A stretch of DNA of 64,000 bases from NCBI GenBank assembly GCA_951406725.2, contig OX597827.1, positions 38,936,001-39,000,000 of the forward strand, given 5' to 3'. This DNA comes from Octopus vulgaris (Eukaryota). How positions within the stretch are numbered: position 1 is the stretch's first letter; each line of letters starts with the position of its first letter. Shown here piece after piece: positions 1 through 11,231 of this stretch. The notes under the pieces were generated by a model that was not told where the DNA came from, did no database searches, and saw only the letters and a list, made by a program, of their open reading frames with translations. Both the position numbers and the translations under genes were made by a program.

Positions 1-124
1 AACATAGAAGGGACAAAGGGATTAAGTCGATTACATCGACCCCAGTGTGAAACTGGTACTTTATTTATCGACCCCGAAAAGATGAAAGGCAAAGTCAACC
101 TCGGCGGAATTTGAACTCAGAACG
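1..124 (-). mobile_element. SINE family B fragment (octopus-type, young)
   Basis: Reverse complement of the core ttctgagttcaaattccgccgaggttgactttgcctttcatc...cactggggtcgatgtaatcgacttaa, which recurs many times in the window (e.g. 12661-12835). Confidence 0.85.
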
Positions 125-279
125 TGGTGTGACTTGATATGAAGCTTACTTCCCAACCACACGGTTAAGCACCGGACTTGTATTGGGGTCGACTAAAAAT
201 TCTTCAAGGCGGTGCCCCATTATGGCCGCAGCCTAAACGACTGAAACACGTAACAGTAAAAATATAGGTTCTTTATTAT

Positions 280-535
280 TTACTTGTTTCAGTCAGTGGA
301 GTGCGGCCATGCTGGAGCACGGCTTCGAAAGGTTTAGTTAAACAAATCGACCCCAATAATTCTGATTTGTTGCTTTTAAAGGTCTGATACTTATTCTATC
401 AGTTGTCAAATAGTAGACACACACACATGGCGGGCTTCCACACAGTTTCTGTCTAGCAAATTCACTCTCAATGCATTGTGGGCCAGGAGCTACAATGGAA
501 AACAGTTATTGAACCGAAAACCACGTAGGTGCAGA
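280..535 (-). mobile_element. SINE family A copy (degenerate)
   Basis: ttacttgtttcagtc...gcggccatgctggagcac...aaattcactc matches the reverse complement of full copies such as 39352-39757. Confidence 0.8.
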
Positions 536-536
536 G

Positions 537-910
537 CGAGGGGGCAAGACTTCCGCCCGTCCGCCCCCAAAACCAGCCTTTAAAATTTTTTTTTATCGAC
601 ACAACCCCCCACCTTTTCGGCTACGGGGAATACGAATCTGCAAAAAAATTGGCAAAAATCGACATTTCTAAATTACCACCCTCACACCCATTTCCTTCAT
701 TTTAAACTTTTTTTTACGTATTTCACAAAAACAAAAAAAAATTCTAAAAAAAATTTTGGACTGCTGATTTTTTTTTTTTTTTTTGCAGATTCGGAATCTC
801 CGCAGTCGAAATATATATTTTATTTCTGTAATATATACTAAAAAGTTAATTCTGAAGAGAAACCAAAATGTCACCTAACATCAGTTGCGACAGGTCAAAG
901 GGAGGTAACT
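537..910. mobile_element. Putative non-autonomous DNA transposon with internal inverted repeat
   Basis: CpG-rich unit with an imperfect ~34-bp inverted repeat (615-648 vs 778-811). A cagag direct repeat lies at 532-536 and 911-915. It truncates the preceding SINE. Confidence 0.45.
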
Positions 911-1240
911 CAGAGTAATTTACAATAGCAACTGTGTGTAGGACAAAATCATTCACATGAATTGGCGCTAGTTTCACAGTGGTTAAGTAAATAAGAGCCT
1001 AATACCTCAAAGGAAAGGACAACATTCTCTCACCCATAACATTTCCTGTAGACTAAACAATATTTAGCGCCGATATTCAACTAAACCCTTACTAAATTGT
1101 ATAGCTTTAGAATTATAGTGTCACCTTATGGGAAAAACTTGTGCACTGGTGGATCGATCGAAAAAGAGATAAGTATCTTGGGTACAGACTTTTAGTTCAT
1201 TCTAAGTTACTCTATTGACTCAACGGTCCATGCTAACACT

Positions 1241-1655
1241 GGATCTTTTCGGTTTGACCGGCAGATTTAAAAAATAATTTTCACGTAACTAAACACTTTT
1301 AAACTTCGCATACTGGTAGAATGTGTTTATAAAACATCTTTTTCTCTTGTCTTTATTGAGAAAATTCTATAGTTTGTAAGATATTTGTTGTTTTTTTTCC
1401 TTCAATTTCTGTAAGTTCAACCAATCAATGCCGTCTATTGAGGTGAAAACATTCTGTGCCGTATGAATATGTCCCTCGTTTAAGAAACAGATTGGGTTTA
1501 TTTACATTTCTGAAGAAAAAAAGAAAACCTTCCCCTACCCCTAACCAACCCTAAAACAGATTGAAATGCAATAGATCGATACTAGGGTCATAATTATGGG
1601 TGACAATTTCATATGACACCGCTAGAAAAAACAGCCGTTCAAACCGAAAAGATCC
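1241..1655. mobile_element. MITE with ~22-bp terminal inverted repeats
   Basis: GGATCTTTTCGGTTTGACCGGC at 1241 and GCCGTTCAAACCGAAAAGATCC ending at 1655 (one mismatch). No coding capacity; TSD not clear. Confidence 0.85.
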
Positions 1656-2294
1656 CAGTTAATATTCCAAGATGACCTGACACCAATTTCTATTAAAACA
1701 TAATTGGGCAACAGTGGAAATACCGCGAACAGTCTCTACGTAGTCGTTCGCTCTGCTAGAAGCAACAGCCACATTTCCGTCAAACCACACCATACCATAT
1801 TAGAAGATACCAAAATACATTGGTCATTGACTAACATGTTTGAAGAGTCGTCAAAATAACCAAGTGCCATAGTAGAGGCGAAACTAATAAGTTTCTAACT
1901 GGTTATATACCTTGAACAAAAATACACTATTCAACAATACAAAAGTATAACCACGTAAATTCTCTTTGAGAGTGTACTTATTTTTCCTACTTTATATATG
2001 CATTTGTGTGTATGCGTGTGATGTGTCTGTGTCTGCCCCCCTCCTCTCAACTACCGCTTGAAAATCGGTGTTGGTTTACGTGTCGGTAACTTAGCGGTTC
2101 GACAAAAGATAGATTAAATATCGGGTTTTAACAAATAAATAAAGAAAGAAAGAAAAGATTAGGACTGAGTTCAATTCATTCAACTAAAACTCTTCAACGC
2201 GGTGCCCCAGCGTGCCCGCAGTCTAAAGACTGAAATAAACGACAAAAATAAAAGATAGATCTATCTATCGATACACACTCACTCACACACACAA

Positions 2295-2335
<41 letters not shown>

Positions 2336-2504
2336 GGGAGACAGTAAAGCTTGCTTTTCTGTGTATCTTAAATTTAATTTTGAAGAGATAATGGGCGATT
2401 GGGGTAAGGGAGACAACTAGTGTTTACTTAAAGAGAAAACTTAAAATATGTCGAATTTAAGAAAGCATTGACATACAAGAGTATTTCAAGAGTCCTTGTC
2501 TGGT

Positions 2505-2853
2505 TTATCTTTTACTTGATTGTTATTAGACTGCGGTTATGCTGGGGCACCGCACTGAAGAATCTTTAGTCGAATGCATCGATCCCAGTGCTAGTTTTTT
2601 TAAAGCTTGGTATTTATTCTAATTATTTGTCGAACCGCTAAGTTACGGGGATCGTAAACACACCGGTTGCGAAGAGATGGTGGTGGGGACAAACATGGGC
2701 TTTTTTCAGTTTCCGTCAAACAAATCCACTCAAGGATTTGATCGGCCTGAGGCTAAAGTAGAAGACGCATGCCCAAAGTGCCACACAGTGGGACTGAACC
2801 TGGAACCGTGTGGTTGGGAAGCAAGCTTCTTACCACACAGCCATGCTTGTGCC
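2505..2853 (-). mobile_element. SINE family A copy
   Basis: Reverse complement of the family A tail, middle and tRNA-like head (ccacacagccatgc). Explains ORF 2677-2892. Confidence 0.85.
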
Positions 2854-2943
2854 TGGTTTGGCGAATTAGGGACATTACTCAATAAAATTTGACCTTTACT
2901 TTTAGTAAAACTATTTGGGACAAATATTAAGTGGATGCTTTAA

Positions 2944-2949
2944 TTTATT
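2944..2949 (-). terminator. Candidate polyadenylation signal AATAAA
   Basis: tttatt on the + strand, about 75 nt downstream of the candidate stop at 3023-3025. The hexamer is common in AT-rich DNA. Confidence 0.25.
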
Positions 2950-3022
2950 CACCCAATGGCCAAGTGCAACCAGCAGAAGATGTAAGCTTCAGGCAAGCTG
3001 AAGTTAACAACCTGGTCAATAT

Positions 3023-3095
3023 TCATGTATTGTTCAGTCCTGCTCGCCTGTCAGCCAGCCCAGGATGTAAGGCAAAAAGAACATGCACTTCAACA
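3023..3095 (-). CDS. Candidate terminal coding exon of the minus-strand gene (..A)VEVHVLFALHPGLADRRAGLNNT*
   Basis: Acceptor tttttatttgtcgatatatcag| before 3095. Phase 2 is compatible with exon 10336-10446. The sequence is non-repetitive and GC-richer than its flanks. An alternative reading exists (see findings). Confidence 0.35.
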
Positions 3096-3731
3096 CTGAT
3101 ATATCGACAAATAAAAATTACTCTGCTCCATAATGACAACGTTGAATAATTTACTTAATTGGACTAATGATGTACAAATGAAATAACTCACTAAATACTC
3201 AGAGAATTGTCTGTTTGTAGTACATCAAAGACACTACACAGAGACAGCACAAAAGGTTGAGCCTGAATCTCTTTCTCTCTCTCTCTCTTCTCGTCTATTG
3301 GCTGTTGCTGATCATCATCATCATTTAATGGCCCTTTTCTTCATGCTTGCATGGGTCAGACAGAATCTATCAAGACACATTTTCTACACCCACATGCATT
3401 ATCTATCACCAACCTTCACCCATTCACGGGAGACTGGAAATGACCAACATAGTCCTTGTAAGGCAATGAAATGCTCATTTACAACCACCATATGATGTCA
3501 AGACAAGGCAACACACACACCCACACCTATATGATGGGCTTCTTTCCATTCTCACACACCGAATCCACTCACAAGGCTCTGGTTGGCCTAGTGTAAAGAA
3601 ATTTGTCCAAGATGTCATACAGTGGGATTGAACCTAAGACCACACAGTTGAGAAGCAAGCTTCTCAACCAATGCCAGTGGTTACAAATGTGAATTCTGGG
3701 TTAAGTTATGTGTGTGTGCGCGCGTGTGTAG

Positions 3732-4072
3732 TGAAGGCACATGGCTCAGTTAGAGCATCGGACTCACAATCATGAGGTAGTGAATTCGATTCCTGGACTG
3801 GGCTGTGTGTCGTGTTCTTGAGCAAGATGCTTTATTTAATGTTACTCCAGTTCACTCAGCTGTAGAAATGAGTTGTGATGTCACTGGTGCCAAGCTGTTT
3901 TAGCCTTTGCCTTTCCCTTGGATAACATCGGTGGCAAGGAGAAGGGAGGCTGGTCTGCATGGGTGACTGCTGGTCTTTCATAAAAAAAACCTTGTTCAGA
4001 CTTGTGCCCCAGAGGGAAACTTTATAAGAGCAATCCCATGGTCATTTATGACTGAAGTGGGTCTTTAGCTTT
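3732..4072 (+). mobile_element. SINE family D, near full length
   Basis: tRNA-like head (tggctcagttagagc A-box-like, gaattcgattcc B-box-like) followed by gttcttgagcaag...ccagttcactcagctg. Inverted copy at 7330-7653. Confidence 0.85.
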
Positions 4073-4533
4073 TACTAAATGTAAGTGAAAAAGGTTCAAC
4101 AGAGTATTGAGCCATGCTACAAATTTAGCTTGCTGGAAGTCTACAACTCTATGGATATCACACACATCATACAACAGGATGAAAATTACAGGATAGACAA
4201 AAGTGGTGGAAGCTTTTCAGTACATAGTGAACAAGATCAAACACTATCATAACCTAAACCACAACAACCACTACTACCATAAGATCTGTCTGTACAACTT
4301 GAGTCAGTGAATCTGATTAAATAGACAGCAGTACTTACTTAAGGTGTACTTTATTTTATTAATACCATATTACTGATAAAGTTATGAGCTGAAATTACAA
4401 TTCCTCTTAATGTTTAGATGTTATAATTCAATTTGCTTTCTTTGTTATGTTGTTTTACATCCATTTTTTTCATATTCACAAAGGCAGGATGATCTATTTG
4501 TTACAGTTGAATATTAATGATGATGATGCACCC

Positions 4534-4566
<33 letters not shown>

Positions 4567-4568
<2 letters not shown>

Positions 4569-4780
4569 TTAATCCAAACGGGAAAACAGAAAAAACAACA
4601 ACACGTGGAACAATTACAGTATTATTATTATTAGGCGCTCAGGAAAATGGAAGAAGGAGGGTATGACGTTTCGAGCGGAGCTCTTCGTCGGAAACATAAG
4701 AGAAAGAAAGAAAGATCCCGAGACGGGAGGACAGAGGAAAAAAAAAAATTTTTGCAGGTCGTCTTCACGAGGTCACATAT
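4567..4780 (-). mobile_element. Penelope-like element terminal remnant with minimal hammerhead-like motif
   Basis: Minus strand reads CCGACGAA-GAGC-tcc-GCTC-GAAA-CG-TC (4665-4691), then cctgagcgc as in the copy at 48601. Flanked by (TA)n. Confidence 0.6.
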
Positions 4781-5129
4781 ATATATATATATATATACAT
4801 ATACAGATATTATATATATACATATACATATATATATAAAAACAGAAATATGTTACAAAAAGAAAATAGAAACTACACGTGGAAATGTAAGGGGAAAGTA
4901 AGAAGAAAAATAAGCGAAAATGCACATTGGAAATCAAAAAAACGTAAAGGCCTTTTATGAAAAGTAATGATAGATATATACAATTAGATGAACTGAGGTA
5001 GGAATAAATGCAATAAAAGTCATTATTGTGAATTGTTAAAGAGATTTAAAAGCATACCGGTTTCATAAATTTACTAATCATTACTTTGAATGCACACCGA
5101 TTAATATATATATATATATATATATATGA

Positions 5130-5432
5130 TGGACTCTCTCGTTGAAGACAACGTATGAGTGTTCAGCTTTTGCTGAACAGCCTGCACAAATGATTTGTTT
5201 ATAGTGATCAAATGTTTGTACTGCACATTAGCTCACTCTTTCACTCTCTCCATCAGATTGATGTTGTCTGAACAGGTGCACAGTGTACCATGTGTCATGT
5301 GTCAAAGTGATAGCAGAGTAATGTGAGATGAAGTGTTTTGCTCAAGAAAGCAATGCACCACCTGGTCTAGGAATTAAAATCACAATCTAGTCTTCATGAA
5401 TGCAACACCCTAACCACTAAACCACGAGCCCT
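5130..5432 (-). mobile_element. SINE family D-related copy
   Basis: aagtgttttgctcaagaa...ggaattaaaatcacaatc...ccctaaccactaa. Closely similar copy at 39770-40035. Confidence 0.75.
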
Positions 5433-5469
5433 CATACACACACATAAATACATATATGTGACATGTAAA

Positions 5470-5700
5470 AATCACCAACCGATTATGGCCGTTTACCAGC
5501 CTCCTCTGGCCCCTGTGCCGGTGGCATGTAAAAAGCACCTACTACACTCACAGAGTGGTTGGCATTAGGAAGGGCATCCAGCTGTAGAAGCACTGCCAGA
5601 TCAGACTGGAGCCTGGCACAGCCTCCTGGCTTCCCAGACCCCAGTCGAACCATCCAACCCATGCTAGCATGGAAAACAGACATTAAATGATGATGATGAT
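5470..5700 (+). mobile_element. Repeat family C ((GAT)n-tailed, RTE-type 3' end)
   Basis: ggaagggcatccagctgtag...ccaacccatgctagcatggaaaac..attaaatgatgatgat. Near-identical copy at 16485-16678 and inverted copy at 44965-45205. Confidence 0.8.
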
Positions 5701-6774
5701 ATATTTATGTGTGCATGTATATCCTTGTTGAGGCATCACATGTTGCTTGCAAAAGAACATTGTCATCATACAAGCAAAGATGTGTGTTTCTGTTCTTCCA
5801 TGCAAAACATGTGTAGCAGTGGGAATATATTATCTTTCTTGGATACAGGTGAGGGTTGGTAACAGGAAGGGCATCCGGCCATAGAAAATCTGGCTCAACA
5901 AATTCTGTCTGTAAGCTTGGAAAAAAGTGGATGTTCAAAGATTATGATGAATACTCTGTTAATCCATAACCAGGAGTAAGAATGGAATCTGTCTTTTATC
6001 AGCCAATGAAGCAAACAGACCTATGTGTCTTGCTGAGTATACAATGCAGTGTATCTAGCAGTAAGGTTTGAACATGGGATCTAGTGAACAAGTCCAGGAT
6101 ATTAAGATGTAATAACTATTGTGTTTTTATGGTTTATATTTAAATTACCAATTTTAGTAGAAAGAATAAAATAATTTTTTTAATCGTTTCCTTTTTCTTT
6201 CTAACTTTGATATTTTATATTTTCAAAATCTCCATTTCAATTTATGAAAAGAATATTTTATTTTTTAACTTTTTTACAAACAAGAAAAAGCAACATAAAC
6301 TTGAAAACCTACTTGTATCTCCCTAAACAAGGTACACAACTCTGCTTAGCCTGAGCCTACCATTCTGATAATCGTATACCACTTGGTTATCCAGTATATG
6401 CACCCGTTTTTAAGATGACAGGGCAAAATGAGAAAAAGATTTGATTGTTATTTCCAGCAGGTAGAGCAATCACATAGAAGCTAATTCTTACTACCATACT
6501 ATTAATACAACTACAGCATGTTGGATTGTGCAGTGTGGTCTTTAGCACGTGAGCTTCTTTCTATTTTCATCTACCAAATCCGCTCTCAATGGTCAGCCTA
6601 GGGCTACAGTAGAAGACATTTGCCCAAGGTGTCACGTAGTTGGGCTGAATAGCATTCTTTTGAGGAAGAGTGGTTTGTATTAAGAAGGACATTTGACTGT
6701 AAAAACACAAGACCACAGCAATACACTTGTCCAATCCAATGCTCCATTGCTTCTACCAATATCTTTTTATCTCT

Positions 6775-6985
6775 TCTTTTATCTTTTTCAGTTTTTGGAC
6801 TGTCTATGTCGGGCCACCGTCATGAAGGGTTTAAATGAACAAATCAACCCCAGTGTATGTCTTTTTAAAGTGTGGTACATGTTCTAGTGAATGTATTTGC
6901 TGAACTGCTAAGTTACAGGGACATGAACAAACCAATGTTGGTTGTCAAAAGGTGTGGGGCAAAAACATAAACACACACACATACA
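6775..6985 (-). mobile_element. SINE family A 3' half
   Basis: ctgctaagttacagggacatgaacaaaccaatgttggttgtcaa is the reverse complement of the family A 3' half. Confidence 0.75.
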
Positions 6986-6989
6986 CATG

Positions 6990-7310
6990 CATGTGGCTGT
7001 GTGGTAAGAAGCCTCTGGGTTCAGTCCCACTGCATGGCACATTGGGTAAGTGTCTTCTACTATAGCCTTGGGCTGACCAAAGCCTTGTGAGTGGATTTTG
7101 TAGACGGAAACTGAAAGAAGCCCATCATATATATATATATGTCCCCCATCACCACTTAACAACCAGTGTTGGTGTGTTTACATCTCTGTAACTTAGCAGT
7201 TTGGCAGAGACAGAATAAATACTAGGCTTAAGAAATAAGTCCTGGGGGTCAAGGCAGTGCTCCAGCATGGCCACAGTCAAATGACTGAAACAAGCAGAAG
7301 AATAAAAGAA
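6990..7310 (+). mobile_element. SINE family A copy
   Basis: gtggctgtgtggtaag head, ctgggttcagtccc B-box-like motif and gactgaaacaag tail. Confidence 0.85.
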
Positions 7311-7329
7311 TGTATATTTATATAAAAAT

Positions 7330-7653
7330 GGTAAAGACCCCCTTTGGTAATGAATGACCATGGGATTGAACCTAGAAAGTTACTCTCTGAGGTACAAGTC
7401 TAGGCAAGGTTGTTTATGGAAGACCAGCAGTTGCCCATGCATACCAGTCTCCCCTCACCATGCCACCGATGTTATCCAAGGGAAAGGCAAAGGCTGATAC
7501 AACTTAGCACCAGTGACATCGCAACTTGTTTCTACAGCTGAGTGAAATAAAGTTTCTTGGCCAAGAACACAACACACAGCCCGGTCTGGGAATTGAACTC
7601 ACTCCCTCATGATAGTGAGCCTGATGCTCTAACCACTGAGCCATGTGCCTTCA
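7330..7653 (-). mobile_element. SINE family D, near full length
   Basis: Reverse complement of 3732-4072. Confidence 0.85.
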
Positions 7654-7899
7654 ATACATACAGTGAGTTTGTAAAATGAAATAAACTATTTTACTGTGAG
7701 GCACAAGTCTAAAATAAGGGCAGTGAATTGGTAGCATTGATAAAATTCCTTGTGTTTTTCATTGCATCACTCTGGAGTATAGCTGAGTTCAAATTAAGCA
7801 GAAGTTAGGTTAGAATTAATTTCTCACCTTGCCAAGAGGTGATAAAATAATTGCCAGTCAAGTACTGGGGTGAATATAATTGATTCAACTTCACCTTAA

Positions 7900-8110
7900 C
7901 TCTTTCACATTTAAACCAGCCATATCTAGCCAAAATATTATAATTGTTTTAGGCTCAAACTGGCCTCTCACACCTACCCTACAATGTCATTCTAAAAATA
8001 TACACTCACATCACTGAAATCTTTAAGTTACGAGATAATACATGATTAGTTCAAAACACTGTGAATATATTATGCGTTACATTTGACAGAGTAATCTGAA
8101 TGCTAAAGGG
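7900..8110. mobile_element. piggyBac-type MITE (TTAA TSD) nested in a family B SINE
   Basis: TTAA at 7896-7899 and 8111-8114. Ends are ctctttcacatt and aatgctaaaggg. Homologues at 18651, 19003, ~19195, ~30175 and 36682. Confidence 0.8.
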
Positions 8111-8506
8111 TTAAAATGGTTTGCGGCCTTGTGGTCATATTAGAAAAATTATCATTATTCAAAATAAATTTAAAAAATAAAAATGAACGAATGAATATAA
8201 CAGTTATGTTTTTCATGACTATGACGGCTGTGTGTGTAGCCTTGTTGGCCAATGTTGACCTGGCATAAGAGTCTCTCCTCTCCATGCCACTAATGTTTAT
8301 TCAAGGGAATGGATGATGATTTGGGGTTCATACAACTTGGTATTAGTGCCGTCAAAGGTTTTGCTGTCAGAAGACAAAAAACCAGAACAGATACTGAAAA
8401 GCATCTTGCCTGACACTCTAACAGTTCTACTAATTCTTCACCTGGAATTGATCCTGTATGTACGTATGTATGTGTGTGGAGCATGTATATATATATATAT
8501 ACATAT

Positions 8507-8567
<61 letters not shown>

Positions 8568-8711
8568 TATAAATATATATATATATGTAAAGAAAATACA
8601 AAATGGGGCAAGAACGCAAAACATCCAGATAGACGATGCAAAAAACACGGACGGGTCATTCGAAGCCTTTAATCTTCAGTCAAGAACCGGATCATCCTCG
8701 CAATTTCAGCT

Positions 8712-9075
8712 GATATATATATACACACATATATATACAAATATATATACACACATATATATACATATATACACATACATATATATATATATACATATAT
8801 ACACATACATATATATATATACATATATACACATACATATATATATATACATATATACACATACATATATATATATACATATATACACATACATATATAT
8901 ATACATATATACACATACATATATATATACATATATACACATACATATATATATACATATATACACATACATATATATATACATATATACACACACATAT
9001 ATATATACATATATACACACACACATATATATACATATATATATATATACATACATACATACATATGCATATATA
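8712..9075. repeat. Compound (TA)/(CA) microsatellite with higher-order periodicity
   Basis: Repeated (at)n-acatatatacacatacat units. Source of the YIYI/THTH junk ORFs. Confidence 0.95.
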
Positions 9076-9725
9076 TATGTCTATATGCACACACACACAC
9101 GTATGTGCATTATTTGATTCTCTGTCTGAAGAATTTCTAATCAGACATATCTTACATGTTTCTCTTACATGTACAACATAAAATTACAACCACTCAAGTT
9201 CACTTTAAAGTGTACTTTTTTCTCTGCTTAATGGACAATTGACTGTTAAAATATATATACATGCTAACTGTATATGTTTCTGTGTATGAATATGAGTGTA
9301 TGTGTACTTGTCTTGACATCATGGTTGTAAACGACCATCAACAGCATACAAGTGATGGTGCTTGTTACCAGTCTTCCATGTAAACATGTCTGGCTAAAGA
9401 GGAAATATGATATTGCTTGGAAACAGGTGAGATTGAGCGACAGGAAGGGCACTGGGCCATAGAAAATCAACCTCAAACCAATTCTGTTTGATCTATGCAA
9501 GCATGGAAAAATGGATGCTAAAAAATAATAATAATAATAATAATAATTGCACTGCTGGGAAATGCACACATCCTATGCAAAACACTTTCAATACAGTAAC
9601 CATAAGAGCATCACAGCAAACCATAGCACATACCCAAGGCACACAGAGCTGCGCTCAGTAATGAAGTGAAAGCATGCTATAAAAGTAAAATTACTGAATA
9701 ATAATAATAATAATAAGAATAATAA

Positions 9726-9940
9726 TAATCCTTTCTACTATAGGCACAAGGCCTGAAATTTTAGGGGAGGGGACTAGTCGATTTCATTGACCTCAGTGTT
9801 TCACTGGTACTTATTTCACTGACCCCAAAAGGGTCAATGGCAAAGTCAATCTTGGCGGGATTTGAACTCAGAATGTAGTGGCAAATGAAATACTGGTAAG
9901 CATTTCAACAGGCATGCTAACGATTCTGTCAGCTCGCCAC
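9726..9940 (-). mobile_element. SINE family B, full length
   Basis: cctttctactataggcacaaggcctgaaatt...gatttgaactcagaa...gctaacgattctgtcagctcgcc, flanked by (AAT)n. Confidence 0.85.
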
Positions 9941-9952
9941 ATTAAATAATAA

Positions 9953-9983
<31 letters not shown>

Positions 9984-10335
9984 AATAATGGTGGTGGTGG
10001 TGTGTGTGCATGTGTTTCTTTTTTTATATAGCAGAATACCTCTTCCTACTGGTGACCACTCAATCATAAAGTAGAAGTGGAATCTGTTTTGGTCAGAGAA
10101 GTAAACTATAGCAGACATAACAGGTATAAAGATGTGAGCTTTATTTTGTTTGCCATAAGATTTGAACTGCTGACTATGTACAGAGCAATTCAGCACGTTT
10201 AACAATGACAGCTATTTTATCTTGTGATACATGCTATTACATAATAAACCAGCACCCTAAACATTCAAACAATAATTTAACAACAAATTGCCAAATAGCC
10301 AGCATCAATGATAGAATGAGAAAACAGGTACTTAC

Positions 10336-10446
10336 GCAATCCCATGCTCCCTGTCCAAGGGAGCTGGTATGGGTTGCACAGGCATGCCGTTTGGTGCGAA
10401 GTTTACGCCCTCCAACTTCAGTTTTACAGATTTCTCAAAACAACAC
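10336..10446 (-). CDS. Internal coding exon (111 nt, phase 2/2): CCFEKSVKLKLEGVNFAPNGMPVQPIPAPLDREHGI; product unidentified
   Basis: Acceptor tctttcaatttcag| and donor |gtaagt. Length is 3n and only one frame is stop-free. The exon is a GC/CpG-richer unique island in AT-rich flanks. Confidence 0.75.
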
Positions 10447-10589
10447 CTGAAATTGAAAGAATTATTCATAGATAAAATACAAAAAAGAAAAAGAAAATGC
10501 TGACGGAATAAGAATTTTTTAAACTTTTGAAAGAAAAAATAGATAATTCTTGAAGTACACTTGAAGCTATAAATAATAGCATGTAGATA

Positions 10590-10795
10590 TTGTTTTCAAA
10601 TTTTGACACAAGGATAGCAATTCTGAGGGTTGATTACATTGACCCCAGTGCACAACTGGTACTTATTTTATAGACCCCAAAAGGATGAAAAGCAAAGCCA
10701 ACCATGGCAAAATTTGAACTCAGAATGTAAAGACAGATAACATGTTGCTAAACATTTGCCCAACGAGCTAATGATTCTGCCAGCTTGCTGTCTTA
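10590..10795 (-). mobile_element. SINE family B copy
   Basis: attgaccccagtg...aaggatgaaaagcaaag...aatttgaactcagaa...gattctgccagcttg. Confidence 0.8.
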
Positions 10796-11231
10796 TAACA
10801 TGTAAATATGGGGTTGAAAAACCCTTTGGACAGAAAAATTTGAAGGTTGCCCTAGGGTCATGAACCCACATCTCCTGTAGACATGACAGGCGTTCTACCA
10901 CATGTAGCCTTTGACTTCCTCTATCCAAAAGTGTTTTCCATCCCAATATTTACATGATACTATTTATAGCCTTATGTGCTTCAAGATCCACTATTTCAAA
11001 AGAAAAAGAAAAAAAATTGTTTATGCAATTCAAGGTAAAAATATAACATACTTTTTACAGTCTTTACATCTATGCTACATTTTGATTGATCTCAAATTAT
11101 CATTAAGTGTCTTATCTTCCAAGATGTGTATATAGTACCAGAGTGGATTTGAACTAGGGACCTTTGTTTCTAAACTAAGAATAAAAAAAAACATCTTTAT
11201 ATACTAGGCTACAAACACATGTACGATAATA

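Noticed and set aside
6300-6330. Possible 10-nt minus-strand microexon (ttgtttag|ggagatacaa|gtaggt)
   Set aside because: Its length breaks frame and there is no other support.
8290-9117. Long ORFs rich in YI/TH/CV (also at ~20000, 44600, 57800-58600 and 60400-62700)
   Set aside because: They are translations of (TA)n/(CA)n microsatellites, which lack stops in several frames.
10340-10365. LDRE cadherin motif in PLDREHG
   Set aside because: No accompanying DxD or DxNDN motifs and no long cadherin exon.
10336-10446. Resemblance of CFEKSVKLKLEGVNFAPNG to the GFP-family strand CFxYKVKxxGVNFPxxGP (plus an IYG at ~25200)
   Set aside because: The match is short and needs a gap, spacing to the other motifs is wrong, and no WER-type or C-terminal barrel exons were found. 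Likely coincidence; an HMM search with the Pfam GFP model would settle it.
2960-10446. Selenoprotein-like reading through in-frame TGA codons (VLFUEICK..., CUSAC)
   Set aside because: A stop-free frame exists for the exon and no SECIS was identified.
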